Below are positions 20,910 to 31,054 of a DNA stretch of 64,000 nt, one piece after another (the stretch's first letter is position 1; the number at the start of each line of letters is the position of its first letter). The notes below the pieces were generated by a model that saw only the letters and a list, made by a program, of their open reading frames with translations, did not search any database and had not been told where the DNA came from. Where the stretch lies: assembly GCA_965218585.1 (NCBI GenBank), contig CBDCLE010000010.1:32001-96000 (forward strand), in the 5' to 3' direction. A program made the translations under genes and the position numbers. This stretch comes from Terriglobia bacterium (lineage in GTDB: Bacteria > Acidobacteriota > Terriglobia > 20CM-2-55-15).

Positions 20910-21620
20910 TTACAGCTCCACGTCATCCATGGTAAAGACGCCCTTTCGGCCCCGAACCCATCGGGCTGCGGCTAGAGCACCCATCGCGAACCCTGCCCTG
21001 TTCTTTGCCACGTGGCGCAATTTGATCGCATCCGCCTCAGAGTCAAACCCCACTACGTGCGATCCCGGCATGGTCCCGGCCCGGACTGAGGAAACCTGCA
21101 GTTCCTCCGGGGCGACAACACCCTCGGGTGCACCTTTAAGGGTCCGCGTCTTGCGCGAGATCTCCTCGATCAGGATCTCTCCAATACGGAGTGCGGTCCC
21201 GCTGGGACTGTCTACCTTCCCCTTGTGATGCTGCTCTTCAACAAACACATCGTACTCGGGCAAGGACTCCATCAGTTCCCCAGCCCTCTGAAGAATCCGG
21301 TAAAAGACGTTCACCCCGATCGAGAAGTTCTGTGCATACACAAGCCCGGAATCGGTAAACCAATCACGAACTTCTTCGAGATGCTCATACCATCCGGTCG
21401 TCCCCACAACGATATCCGCCCCATTGTCCGCTGCCAGCTTCATGTTCGCCATCACCGTCTCGGGTGTCGAAAACTCGATACAGACGTCCGCGCGTCGAAT
21501 CCCCTCAGCATTCGGGAGTGGATCCAGATCAAAGATCGAAACGATGTCGTCCCCCGCCTGGACGGCCAGCCGCTCGACCTCATGCCCCATTTTACCGTAA
21601 CCAATCAGAGCTATTTTCAT
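20910..21620 (-). CDS. dapB: 4-hydroxy-tetrahydrodipicolinate reductase
   Basis: GYGKMG, VGTTG and HHKGKVDSPSGTA. Confidence 0.96.
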   Translation of the reverse strand: MKIALIGYGKMGHEVERLAVQAGDDIVSIFDLDPLPNAEGIRRADVCIEFSTPETVMANMKLAADNGADIVVGTTGWYEHLEEVRDWFTDSGLVYAQNFSIGVNVFYRILQRAGELMESLPEYDVFVEEQHHKGKVDSPSGTALRIGEILIEEISRKTRTLKGAPEGVVAPEELQVSSVRAGTMPGSHVVGFDSEADAIKLRHVAKNRAGFAMGALAAARWVRGRKGVFTMDDVEL

Positions 21621-21640
21621 TCCGTGTCTTTCGTTCCGCG

Positions 21641-22633
21641 CTACCCGAGCAGTGATCGAGCCAGACGATCGTATAGTTCGACACCTTCGAGCAGGTCGCG
21701 CTTCGAGATCTTCTCGTGCGCCGTGTGCGCATCCAGTATAGAGCCCGGGCCGACAAGCAGTGGCTTTCCCAGATTTCCCAGGTACGGGATATCGCTTCCA
21801 AAGGAAACGACGGTCTCGGCAAATCCGGGAACAACGTGCATGTGCTGCGGTGACGACCCCGCCTGGACATCGATCACAGCGCGTCCCCCGACGACTTGAA
21901 GCAGCCGTTCGCGCACACCCTCCACGTTTTCGACCGTTCGCAGCATGATCGAAGCCATAGCATCCGGAGCCACGATGTTCGCACGTTCCCCCCCGCGGAC
22001 CACACCAACGTTGCAGGTGCCCTTTCCCAAGACCGGGTCCTGACCCCAGTCAGCCCTGACGCAATCATGTAAGACGTCAATGAGTGGGTGCAGGGCGGAT
22101 ACTCCGGCTTCGGGATATCCCGAATGGGCCGCCTTGCCTTCGACGCTTAGATCCGCCAACAGCGTTCCCTTCTGCGCCCTGGCCAGCTTGTTTTCGGTGG
22201 GTTCACCCACGATAACGAACTCCGATGACCAGTCCAGCTGATTGGCAGCCTTGGCGCCATCCCCTCCGGTCTCTTCTCCCACGAGCAGCAGGAAACCGAA
22301 ATTCTTGTGCCCATCCGCCCGCAAGCGTTCGCCTGCGGTGTACATCGCCGCGAAGATCCCTTTAGTATCGCAGGCTCCACGCCCGTATAACGCCTCGTCA
22401 TCTTCAGATACATCCAGGAACGGCGGAACGGTGTCGATGTGCGTGCAGAAGACGACCTTTGGCTCTTCGCCGGCATAGGCCATCACGTTGAAACGATCCT
22501 CTCCCACCGGCTGGGTCTCGACGCGGTAGCCTCCTTCCTTCAGAAAGGAATCGAGGAAACGTCCAACCTCCCCTTCGGTTCCAGTGACGGAAGGGATCAA
22601 CATCAACTGCCTGGTCAATTCGAAAGGATTCAT
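21641..22633 (-). CDS. M20 metallopeptidase (DapE/ArgE-like)
   Basis: HIDTV, GRGACDTKG, GEE, GEPT and GKAAHS; first gene of the dap operon. Confidence 0.88.
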   Translation of the reverse strand: MNPFELTRQLMLIPSVTGTEGEVGRFLDSFLKEGGYRVETQPVGEDRFNVMAYAGEEPKVVFCTHIDTVPPFLDVSEDDEALYGRGACDTKGIFAAMYTAGERLRADGHKNFGFLLLVGEETGGDGAKAANQLDWSSEFVIVGEPTENKLARAQKGTLLADLSVEGKAAHSGYPEAGVSALHPLIDVLHDCVRADWGQDPVLGKGTCNVGVVRGGERANIVAPDAMASIMLRTVENVEGVRERLLQVVGGRAVIDVQAGSSPQHMHVVPGFAETVVSFGSDIPYLGNLGKPLLVGPGSILDAHTAHEKISKRDLLEGVELYDRLARSLLG

Positions 22634-22686
22634 TCAGTGTCCCGAGACATCCATTATAGAGGCGGATGGATTACAATCGACCCGTG

Positions 22687-23019
22687 ATGACGGATGCAGA
22701 ATTCGGCAGGGCCAGTGATTCCGCCCTCGACGATCTCAATCGACGGATGGACACCATCGCCGACGAGCACGACGTCGAAATCCTCTTTCAGAGTGGAGTC
22801 CTTTCGCTGGAGATTGAAGAGCCCACCTTCTCAAAAATCATCATCAGTCCCAACAGTCCCGCCCGACAAATTTGGATATCGGCCCAATCCACCAGTTTCA
22901 AGTTGGACTGGTCTCGGGAAAAAGAAGCTTTCGTCTTATCGGCGACCGCCGAACCACTCGATGTACTGGTAGGTCGGCTCGTGGGCGAGGAGTTGGGTGT
23001 CGGTCCCGTTCACCTCTAA
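22687..23019 (+). CDS. cyaY: Frataxin-like iron donor CyaY
   Basis: GVLSLE...IIISPNSPARQIWIS frataxin signature. Confidence 0.8.
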   Translation: MTDAEFGRASDSALDDLNRRMDTIADEHDVEILFQSGVLSLEIEEPTFSKIIISPNSPARQIWISAQSTSFKLDWSREKEAFVLSATAEPLDVLVGRLVGEELGVGPVHL

Positions 23020-23024
23020 TACCC

Positions 23025-23537
23025 TCAGCGGTTCCGCTGTATCCAGAATGCGACAACCACACCGAGGCCCAGCTTGGCGAAGTCGGCAATGCTGTATGCG
23101 GCGTGCACCAGGCCAAACGTCGTCAGCTCAGGCGGCCGGGGGTCACGAGGAACGAAATCCAGAGAGCGCCCCACCGAGACGATCGGCGGCGTCAACCCCA
23201 GGGTAAGAACCACAGCAAGGGCCAACATGATCCAAGCGCCGGTGCGTACACTCCTGGACTCCGAATTCCAGACGAGCCACACAAGCAGAACGCCCATGCC
23301 AATCTGCACGATGCCCCATCCAACGAAAAACAGCCGATTCACTTCGGATGAAACGTAACGCAAGAACTCCCGTGCAGAGTCAGGGCCCAGAGATGCAACA
23401 GCACTGTTGAACCCGGGAACCGGCCCATCAGCCAGAAGACGATCGATCAGATAGAAGTTCTGCGTGGCCACGACGCCCATAAAAACGGTCCCCATAACCC
23501 ACGCGCCGATCACAAACAATGCCACGTCACGTTTCAT
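23025..23537 (-). CDS. DUF4149-like four-TM membrane protein
   Basis: Four hydrophobic helices, FGLVHAAY. Confidence 0.65.
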   Translation of the reverse strand: MKRDVALFVIGAWVMGTVFMGVVATQNFYLIDRLLADGPVPGFNSAVASLGPDSAREFLRYVSSEVNRLFFVGWGIVQIGMGVLLVWLVWNSESRSVRTGAWIMLALAVVLTLGLTPPIVSVGRSLDFVPRDPRPPELTTFGLVHAAYSIADFAKLGLGVVVAFWIQRNR

Positions 23538-23565
23538 AACTGGCTAAGACCGTCTCATTTCAAAG

Positions 23566-24282
23566 TCACCGGCGGCGAATCACACCCTTGGCATTCAAGA
23601 CAAACCCCTCGGGAAGAGTCTCCTCAACGGTTGGACGGTAGCCTTTGACCGGCCACCTCTGATCCGCGAAAATCTCTGTGATCCGGCGGCGAATTCGCGG
23701 ACGGTCGTCTGCCTCCAGAAACGCCTCCAGAAGCGTCTCCCGGACGGGTTCGCCGATGCTGGCTAATCCCTCAACCGCTGCGATCCGAACATCGTCATCA
23801 GAATCGTCGAGAAAACCTCGAAGGATAGGACTCATCTCCTCGGTGACATGGCCCCCGATCGCGCGGATCAGGCTGACCCTGTGTTCGGCCGCCGTGAATT
23901 CGCTCTCGGCTACAGTTTCGATGATCTCCATCAGATGCTCAACCAACGCCTCTTCCGGGAGAATCCGCTCCAGGGCCTGCATCGGCCAGTCCACCTGATG
24001 GTTGCTTTTCATGTAACGGAGAATGGGGGCGAGGGCATCTTCTCCCTTGCTGACCAGCATCTCGACAACCATCTGCTTTTCTTCGATATCCTGCGTGATG
24101 ACACGGCTCGACATGGTAAACCGCTTGACCAGACCGAAAAGCGCCTCTGGCGTCCCCCATTCCAGAAGCCTTTCCGCAGCTTCGATCCGGGGACCCTCTT
24201 CACCATGCGGTTCGGTGAGCCTCTTCACCGTACGGGCGATCTGCTTGGGCGAGGGACCACCTCGTCTGAAAAAATCAAACAT
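23566..24282 (-). CDS. HEAT-repeat protein
   Basis: LDDSDDDVRIAAVEGL-type repeats. Confidence 0.75.
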   Translation of the reverse strand: MFDFFRRGGPSPKQIARTVKRLTEPHGEEGPRIEAAERLLEWGTPEALFGLVKRFTMSSRVITQDIEEKQMVVEMLVSKGEDALAPILRYMKSNHQVDWPMQALERILPEEALVEHLMEIIETVAESEFTAAEHRVSLIRAIGGHVTEEMSPILRGFLDDSDDDVRIAAVEGLASIGEPVRETLLEAFLEADDRPRIRRRITEIFADQRWPVKGYRPTVEETLPEGFVLNAKGVIRRR

Positions 24283-24338
24283 GAACGGATGAAAACGAGT
24301 GTGCCTTTCCGGCAGGAACCTGGAGGATGCCTCTTAGG

Positions 24339-25175
24339 TTATTCCCCAATGCGTGTCAAAGAAAAGGGGTCGACCCGTGCGTTCTGAACGCGAAAACCCC
24401 AATGCAGGTGTGGCCCTGTGACCCGGCCGGTCGCGCCCACCAATCCCACGATCTCTCCTTTTTCCACCATCTGACCCGGCTCGACATCGATCTCGGACAG
24501 GTGAAGGTAGACCGAGTAGACACCCAGACCATGATCCACGATCACGGTATTCCCGTTGAAGAAGTAGTCGCCGGTCTCGACGACCTGGCCACGGTTCGTC
24601 GACCGTATCGGGGTCCCGGTCGTTGCAGATATATCTGCGCCGGAATGAGGATTCCTCGGCTGATCGTTGAAAACGCGTCGATGACCGAAATTGCTGCCTT
24701 CAGCATTGGGAATCGGAACCGCGAATACATCGTCCCAAAGAATATCAGGTGTAATCCGGCCAAATACTTCTCCAAGCCTTCGGCTCTCCCTCCCGGATCG
24801 CTCAAGATCCTCAGGGCTCAATTCGACGAAGCGAGGCTCTACAGTGAGACGGGTTATTGGAAACGATTTGGATTCGACCCGAATGATTTCATCCAGCGCC
24901 TCGGTTCGCCCATCCGAAAATTGGAACGTCACCGGCGCCGGGTAGTCTCCCGTAGCGAGATCCACATCCGCGCCGATGATGGCAACCCATTCATCGCCGA
25001 CCTGGATCAGAGGAATCGTTCGGTTCCGCCACTGCACCTCAATCTGCTCCAAACCGTCTCGGTTCGGATATTCCAGCTGCAGGGCATCCCCCTGAACGAG
25101 GGAAAACACTGTCAGCATAAGAGCCAGAAAGGACATATCGCCTCCGGTAAAGATTCTTACAGTCACAGACCGCAT
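24339..25175 (-). CDS. M23 metallopeptidase
   Basis: HSGAD, YLHL and TGRVTGPHLHW. Confidence 0.92.
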   Translation of the reverse strand: MRSVTVRIFTGGDMSFLALMLTVFSLVQGDALQLEYPNRDGLEQIEVQWRNRTIPLIQVGDEWVAIIGADVDLATGDYPAPVTFQFSDGRTEALDEIIRVESKSFPITRLTVEPRFVELSPEDLERSGRESRRLGEVFGRITPDILWDDVFAVPIPNAEGSNFGHRRVFNDQPRNPHSGADISATTGTPIRSTNRGQVVETGDYFFNGNTVIVDHGLGVYSVYLHLSEIDVEPGQMVEKGEIVGLVGATGRVTGPHLHWGFRVQNARVDPFSLTRIGE

Positions 25176-25225
25176 AGGCAGGGGCGCAACCGCCCAGGCG
25201 CATCTGAAATCATTCTACCCCCTTA

Positions 25226-27421
25226 TTGGGGAAAGATCAGGTCCTTGCCCCTATGCTTATGATGGATCTCGTGTCGAATACCGAAAACAACAGACTGCTG
25301 ACTCTCGAGGACATATTTCATCCCGAAGAGAAGGAAAACTTTGAGGGTCGGCTTTCCAAACAGAGGACGTGGGTTGACGATGACCACTACATCGAACGCG
25401 CGGACGATGACGATTCGCCCTGGGTGAGGATCGATGCCCGAAGCGGTGAAAGCACGACTCTTTATGATCCAGACACCCTGAAGGCCGCACTTGACGAAAT
25501 CGGAGAGATTTCGGCCACAGACTCCGTTGAGATGTCCCGCCCTTCGAAACACCAATTAAGCTCCGACCAAAAGACCGCTCTCATCCAACACAACGGCATG
25601 CTGATCTGCTACTGGCTCGATTCAGGTCGAGCCGTCTCGCTTAGCGACGACATCGATACGAAGGTGGGCGCCATTTTCAGTCCGAACGACAGACTGGCCA
25701 GCTACGTCAAGAACGACAACATCCACGTCACAGATCTTGAGACGGGAATGGCATACGCAATGACGAAGGGCGACGGAGGGTCGATTCTTTCCGGCTGTCT
25801 GGACTGGGTGTACCAGGAAGAAATATATGGCAGAGGTAACTTCACCGGTTATTGGTGGAGTCCGGATGCAACCCGCATCGCTTTCCTGGAGTTGGACACC
25901 TCCGAGGTTCCCCAACGTCGAATTATCGATCACACATCGGAGGGGAACGATCCCAAGACCCGGTACCCGAGGCCGGGCGAATCCAATCCGACGGTACGCC
26001 TGGGTGTGGTCAACGTCCCGAATGGAGAGGTGCGCTGGATAGATTCGTCACCGTACGCATCGATCGATCACCTGATCGTCCGGGTCGCCTGGAATGCGGA
26101 CGGGTCCTCCCTTCTCTATCAGGTCCAGGATCGGGAGCAGCAGTGGCTGGACCTGGTGAGGGCAGACCCGGACACCTGCCAATCCGTCACCGTCATGCGC
26201 GAGACTTCCCAGGCTTGGGTCCAGCCCCTCGATAACCCTTACTGGCTCGAAGACGGGTCTTTCCTGTGGATTTCGGAGCGCTCCGGAAGGAAACACATCT
26301 ACCACTACGGAAGGGACAACAAACTGAAAGGCTCCCTTACCTCCGGCGATTGGGACGTCACCGAAATATACGGGGTTGACCCGGGTCATGGATGGATCTA
26401 CTTCTCTTCGACCGAACACAGCCCGTTGGCTTCACATGTCTACCGGGCCCGGTTGAATGGTCGCGACCGGGAGAGACTCACCCAGACTGAAGGCAACCAC
26501 ACTGCCTCCTTCTCGCAAGATTTTCGATACTTTCTCGACACCTGGTCAAACATCCGAACGCCTCCTGAGGTCAGTCTGCGACCGGTTTCGCACGAAGGTG
26601 AAGCCGAGTCGAAAACCTTGGAAACAAATCTCGTTCAAGGTCTCGACACCTACGAGTGGGGTACTACCGAATACATTGAAGTCACATCGCGAGACGGACT
26701 TGGGCTTCCCACAATGATGATCAAACCACCGGACTTCGATCCCGATCGCCAGTACCCTGTCCTGTGCCATGTCTACGGCGGCCCTATGGCACCGAAGGTG
26801 AGGAACGCATGGGGCGGTGAGCTCGGAGCCTGGCACCACATGCTGGCCCAACGAGGATGCGTCGTCTGGATCTCGGACAATCGATCTTCAAGCGGCCGGG
26901 GCGTGGCATCCTCCTGGCCGATCTATCGCCGCTTCGGAGAGCAGGAACTGGCCGACATCGAAGACGGGATCACCTGGCTCAAATCACAGCGTTATGTCGA
27001 TCCGGAACGTTTCGAAATATGGGGCTGGAGCTTCGGTGGATACCTCACCGCTTACGCTATGACCCATAGCACTTTGTTCCGGATGGGAATTGCTGGAGCG
27101 CCAGTCACAGACTGGAGCCTCTATGACAGCATTTACACCGAACGATATATGTCACAACCCTCGACGAACGTCGAGGGCTACCGGAGCAGCTCCGTCCTGG
27201 CAGCTGCGGACCAGCTCCACGGAAAACTGCTGATCCTCCATGGAACGATAGATGACAACGTTCACATCGAACACTCTATGCGCCTGGTCCGCGAGCTCCA
27301 AAGAGCCGGCAAGGACTTTCAGACCATGTTCTATCCCCAATCCAAACACAAGATTGAAGATCCCGACCAGCGCTACCACATGCACCGGGTGATGACAGAT
27401 TTCGTCCTTGAAAACCTCTAG
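25226..27421 (+). CDS. Dipeptidyl peptidase IV (S9B)
   Basis: DWVYQEE, GWSFGG, DDNVH and C-terminal His; start probably one of the ATGs at 25253-25262. Confidence 0.93.
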   Translation: MGKDQVLAPMLMMDLVSNTENNRLLTLEDIFHPEEKENFEGRLSKQRTWVDDDHYIERADDDDSPWVRIDARSGESTTLYDPDTLKAALDEIGEISATDSVEMSRPSKHQLSSDQKTALIQHNGMLICYWLDSGRAVSLSDDIDTKVGAIFSPNDRLASYVKNDNIHVTDLETGMAYAMTKGDGGSILSGCLDWVYQEEIYGRGNFTGYWWSPDATRIAFLELDTSEVPQRRIIDHTSEGNDPKTRYPRPGESNPTVRLGVVNVPNGEVRWIDSSPYASIDHLIVRVAWNADGSSLLYQVQDREQQWLDLVRADPDTCQSVTVMRETSQAWVQPLDNPYWLEDGSFLWISERSGRKHIYHYGRDNKLKGSLTSGDWDVTEIYGVDPGHGWIYFSSTEHSPLASHVYRARLNGRDRERLTQTEGNHTASFSQDFRYFLDTWSNIRTPPEVSLRPVSHEGEAESKTLETNLVQGLDTYEWGTTEYIEVTSRDGLGLPTMMIKPPDFDPDRQYPVLCHVYGGPMAPKVRNAWGGELGAWHHMLAQRGCVVWISDNRSSSGRGVASSWPIYRRFGEQELADIEDGITWLKSQRYVDPERFEIWGWSFGGYLTAYAMTHSTLFRMGIAGAPVTDWSLYDSIYTERYMSQPSTNVEGYRSSSVLAAADQLHGKLLILHGTIDDNVHIEHSMRLVRELQRAGKDFQTMFYPQSKHKIEDPDQRYHMHRVMTDFVLENL

Positions 27422-27687
27422 TGGCCTGTACCACCCATATTGGGACCAGCGTTGCGGCCAAACGGCATTGGATTCTAGGAGTCGGCGACGAGGGAATGTT
27501 CCCCCATTGCGAGCCCACGACAACGAAGACGATGCCGTTTCGCCGCAACCCTGCGGGCCGATGGGGGTTGTGGGCGATATCTTTGTTGCGAGCCGTCATG
27601 GATGTGAAAACATCAATTTCCGTCTCGCGCCGCGATCTCGCCCGCAAGATCCGTCGGCGCTGGTCCCAATATGGGTGGTACAGGCCC
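27422..27687. mobile_element. MITE-A copy 1 (266 bp)
   Basis: ~29-bp TIR GGCCTGTACCACCCATATTGGGACCAGCG; flanked by CTAG at 27418-27421 and 27688-27691. Confidence 0.9.
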
Positions 27688-27691
27688 CTAG

Positions 27692-27813
27692 CAGCCTGTC
27701 GGGCTTTCGGCGTAAGTCCTTTGTGTTCAACGACACCCCTTTTCAGCTCGAAACTGTAAACACAATCATATGAATTGCTTAGATTTTCGATTTGGTGTTA
27801 GTCCGACAGGCTC
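27692..27813. mobile_element. MITE-B (122 bp)
   Basis: Imperfect TIR CAGCCTGTCGGGCT / AGTCCGACAGGCTC; flanked by CTAG at 27688-27691 and 27814-27817. Confidence 0.75.
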
Positions 27814-27817
27814 CTAG

Positions 27818-29367
27818 GAGCCTGCGCCGTAGGAAGTGAATGAGATAATAGTGTCGCAGTTAGGAGGAGAATGCGATGCCGACGACGTTTCGCCCGTACC
27901 AGCCGGAGCAGGGGTTGCTGCTGGCGCCGGATATACGGGATTGGTTGCCGGAGGGGCACTTGGCACACCATGTGAGCGATCTGGTGGACGGATTGGACTT
28001 GACGGCGTTTTACGCGCCTTACGAGGGGGACGGTCGTCGCAAGTCGCCGTATGAGCCGCGGATGATGGCGAAGGTGCTGATCTACGGGTACGCGACGGGG
28101 GTGTTTTCGTCCCGAGGGCTGGCGCGGAAGCTGGAGGAGGACGTGGCATTTCGGGTGTTGGCGGCGGGGAATTTTCCGAGCCATCGGACGATTTGCGAGT
28201 TTCGCCGGCGTCATTTGTCGGATTTCAAGGCGCTGTTTGTGGAGGTGGTCGGTCTGGCGCGCGAGACCGGGGTTGGGAACTTCGGCAAGTTGTCGATCGA
28301 CGGGACGAAGGTTCGAGCCAATGCCAGCAAGCGCAAGGCGATGAGTTACGGTCGGATGCAGGAGGAGGAGCGGCGCCTGGAGGGCGAGATCGAAGCGTTG
28401 CTGTCGCGCGCGCGGGAGACCGATGCGGCGGAGGACGCGCGTTTCGGGGAGGCGCATCGCGGCGATGAGTTACCCGAGGAGTTGCGCCGCCGGGAGGATC
28501 GGCTGGCGGCGATCCGGGCGGCCAGGGCGCGATTGGAGGCCAGGCAACGGGAGGCCGACGAGGCGCGGGGACGCGAGCCCGGTTCGAAGCGCAACCGGAA
28601 GAGCGGGCGGCCCTACAAGCGGGAATACGGCGAGCCGGACGAGAAGGCGCAGGACAACTTCACCGATCCCGAAAGCCGGATCATGAAGACCTCATCGGAG
28701 GGTTTTCAGCAGTGCTACAACGCGCAGGTGGCGGTGGAGGGAGAGAAGCAGTTGATCGTCGCCACCGAGGTGTCGTCGAACGCCAGCGACCAGGGTCGGC
28801 TGGTCCCGTTGGTGGACGAGGTGGAGGCCACCCATGGGGAACGGCCCGAGACGGTGCTGGCGGATGCGGGCTACTGCAACGAGGACGACCTGGAGGCGCT
28901 GGAGGCGCGCGGCGTGGACGGCTATGTGGCCTTGGGCCGGGAGGGCCGGCGCGCGGTCGCGGTAGACGCCGCCAGGCATCCGGCGAAGGCCCGCATGGCC
29001 GAGAAGCTGTCGATGGAGGCGGGACGGGTGCAGTACGCCCAGCGCAAATGGCTGTCGGAGGCGCCCAACGGGTGGATCAAGGAGGTGCTCGGCTTCCGCC
29101 GATTCAGCCTGCGCGGCCTGAACAAGGTCCAGGGCGAGTGGAACTTGGTGTGTCTGGCATTGAACGTCAAGCGGATGCAGGGGCTTCAGGCAGCCTGATG
29201 ACAGGGATACCGCCCGCAAATCAGGCCGAACGAGGGTCGATTCAAGCACCCGTGGCGCACCCATCGGCGCCTCGTCGTCCAAAACGCCCATTCCCCGGTC
29301 ACCGATACCGATCAATCGCCATATCGCGAAATTCGCCGAGTCGAAAATCGTCCTACGGCGCAGGCTC
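27818..29367 (+). mobile_element. IS1182-family IS, copy 1 (1550 bp)
   Basis: 17-bp TIR GAGCCTGCGCCGTAGGA; CTAG flanks. Confidence 0.92.
27876..29198 (+). CDS. IS1182-family DDE transposase
   Basis: WLPEGHLA, SSRGLA, IDGTKVRANAS, TDPESRIM and LADAGY. Confidence 0.93.
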   Translation: MPTTFRPYQPEQGLLLAPDIRDWLPEGHLAHHVSDLVDGLDLTAFYAPYEGDGRRKSPYEPRMMAKVLIYGYATGVFSSRGLARKLEEDVAFRVLAAGNFPSHRTICEFRRRHLSDFKALFVEVVGLARETGVGNFGKLSIDGTKVRANASKRKAMSYGRMQEEERRLEGEIEALLSRARETDAAEDARFGEAHRGDELPEELRRREDRLAAIRAARARLEARQREADEARGREPGSKRNRKSGRPYKREYGEPDEKAQDNFTDPESRIMKTSSEGFQQCYNAQVAVEGEKQLIVATEVSSNASDQGRLVPLVDEVEATHGERPETVLADAGYCNEDDLEALEARGVDGYVALGREGRRAVAVDAARHPAKARMAEKLSMEAGRVQYAQRKWLSEAPNGWIKEVLGFRRFSLRGLNKVQGEWNLVCLALNVKRMQGLQAA

Positions 29368-29371
29368 CTAG

Positions 29372-30921
29372 GAGCCTGCGCCGTAGGAAGTGAATGAGAT
29401 AATAGTGTCGCAGTTAGGAGGAGAATGCGATGCCGACGACGTTTCGCCCGTACCAGCCGGAGCAGGGGTTGCTGCTGGCGCCGGATATACGGGATTGGTT
29501 GCCGGAGGGGCACTTGGCACACCATGTGAGCGATCTGGTGGACGGATTGGACTTGACGGCGTTTTACGCGCCTTACGAGGGGGACGGTCGTCGCAAGTCG
29601 CCGTATGAGCCGCGGATGATGGCGAAGGTGCTGATCTACGGGTACGCGACGGGGGTGTTTTCGTCCCGAGGGCTGGCGCGGAAGCTGGAGGAGGACGTGG
29701 CATTTCGGGTGTTGGCGGCGGGGAATTTTCCGAGCCATCGGACGATTTGCGAGTTTCGCCGGCGTCATTTGTCGGATTTCAAGGCGCTGTTTGTGGAGGT
29801 GGTCGGTCTGGCGCGCGAGACCGGGGTTGGGAACTTCGGCAAGTTGTCGATCGACGGGACGAAGGTTCGAGCCAATGCCAGCAAGCGCAAGGCGATGAGT
29901 TACGGTCGGATGCAGGAGGAGGAGCGGCGCCTGGAGGGCGAGATCGAAGCGTTGCTGTCGCGCGCGCGGGAGACCGATGCGGCGGAGGACGCGCGTTTCG
30001 GGGAGGCGCATCGCGGCGATGAGTTACCCGAGGAGTTGCGCCGCCGGGAGGATCGGCTGGCGGCGATCCGGGCGGCCAGGGCGCGATTGGAGGCCAGGCA
30101 ACGGGAGGCCGACGAGGCGCGGGGACGCGAGCCCGGTTCGAAGCGCAACCGGAAGAGCGGGCGGCCCTACAAGCGGGAATACGGCGAGCCGGACGAGAAG
30201 GCGCAGGACAACTTCACCGATCCCGAAAGCCGGATCATGAAGACCTCATCGGAGGGTTTTCAGCAGTGCTACAACGCGCAGGTGGCGGTGGAGGGAGAGA
30301 AGCAGTTGATCGTCGCCACCGAGGTGTCGTCGAACGCCAGCGACCAGGGTCGGCTGGTCCCGTTGGTGGACGAGGTGGAGGCCACCCATGGGGAACGGCC
30401 CGAGACGGTGCTGGCGGATGCGGGCTACTGCAACGAGGACGACCTGGAGGCGCTGGAGGCGCGCGGCGTGGACGGCTATGTGGCCTTGGGCCGGGAGGGC
30501 CGGCGCGCGGTCGCGGTAGACGCCGCCAGGCATCCGGCGAAGGCCCGCATGGCCGAGAAGCTGTCGATGGAGGCGGGACGGGTGCAGTACGCCCAGCGCA
30601 AATGGCTGTCGGAGGCGCCCAACGGGTGGATCAAGGAGGTGCTCGGCTTCCGCCGATTCAGCCTGCGCGGCCTGAACAAGGTCCAGGGCGAGTGGAACTT
30701 GGTGTGTCTGGCATTGAACGTCAAGCGGATGCAGGGGCTTCAGGCAGCCTGATGACAGGGATACCGCCCGCAAATCAGGCCGAACGAGGGTCGATTCAAG
30801 CACCCGTGGCGCACCCATCGGCGCCTCGTCGTCCAAAACGCCCATTCCCCGGTCACCGATACCGATCAATCGCCATATCGCGAAATTCGCCGAGTCGAAA
30901 ATCGTCCTACGGCGCAGGCTC
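29372..30921 (+). mobile_element. IS1182-family IS, copy 2 (tandem)
   Basis: Direct repeat of copy 1 with 1554-bp period; CTAG at 29368-29371 and 30922-30925. Confidence 0.9.
29430..30752 (+). CDS. IS1182-family DDE transposase
   Basis: Same translation as 27876-29198. Confidence 0.93.
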   Translation: MPTTFRPYQPEQGLLLAPDIRDWLPEGHLAHHVSDLVDGLDLTAFYAPYEGDGRRKSPYEPRMMAKVLIYGYATGVFSSRGLARKLEEDVAFRVLAAGNFPSHRTICEFRRRHLSDFKALFVEVVGLARETGVGNFGKLSIDGTKVRANASKRKAMSYGRMQEEERRLEGEIEALLSRARETDAAEDARFGEAHRGDELPEELRRREDRLAAIRAARARLEARQREADEARGREPGSKRNRKSGRPYKREYGEPDEKAQDNFTDPESRIMKTSSEGFQQCYNAQVAVEGEKQLIVATEVSSNASDQGRLVPLVDEVEATHGERPETVLADAGYCNEDDLEALEARGVDGYVALGREGRRAVAVDAARHPAKARMAEKLSMEAGRVQYAQRKWLSEAPNGWIKEVLGFRRFSLRGLNKVQGEWNLVCLALNVKRMQGLQAA

Positions 30922-31054
30922 CTAGGCCCCTGGAAAGTTTTCTTTTCTAATGGAATACAGCTCACTTTTCCCTGAGATATCCGTCTTATACACTTTTTGG
31001 GGATTCGTGAATGATTCTTGGAACATTAACTCCTTTCGTGGAATAATTTAACCC

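Noticed and set aside
27408-27773. Small ORFs in MITE-A (also 38773-39152)
   Set aside because: Lie within a palindromic non-coding element and end differently between copies
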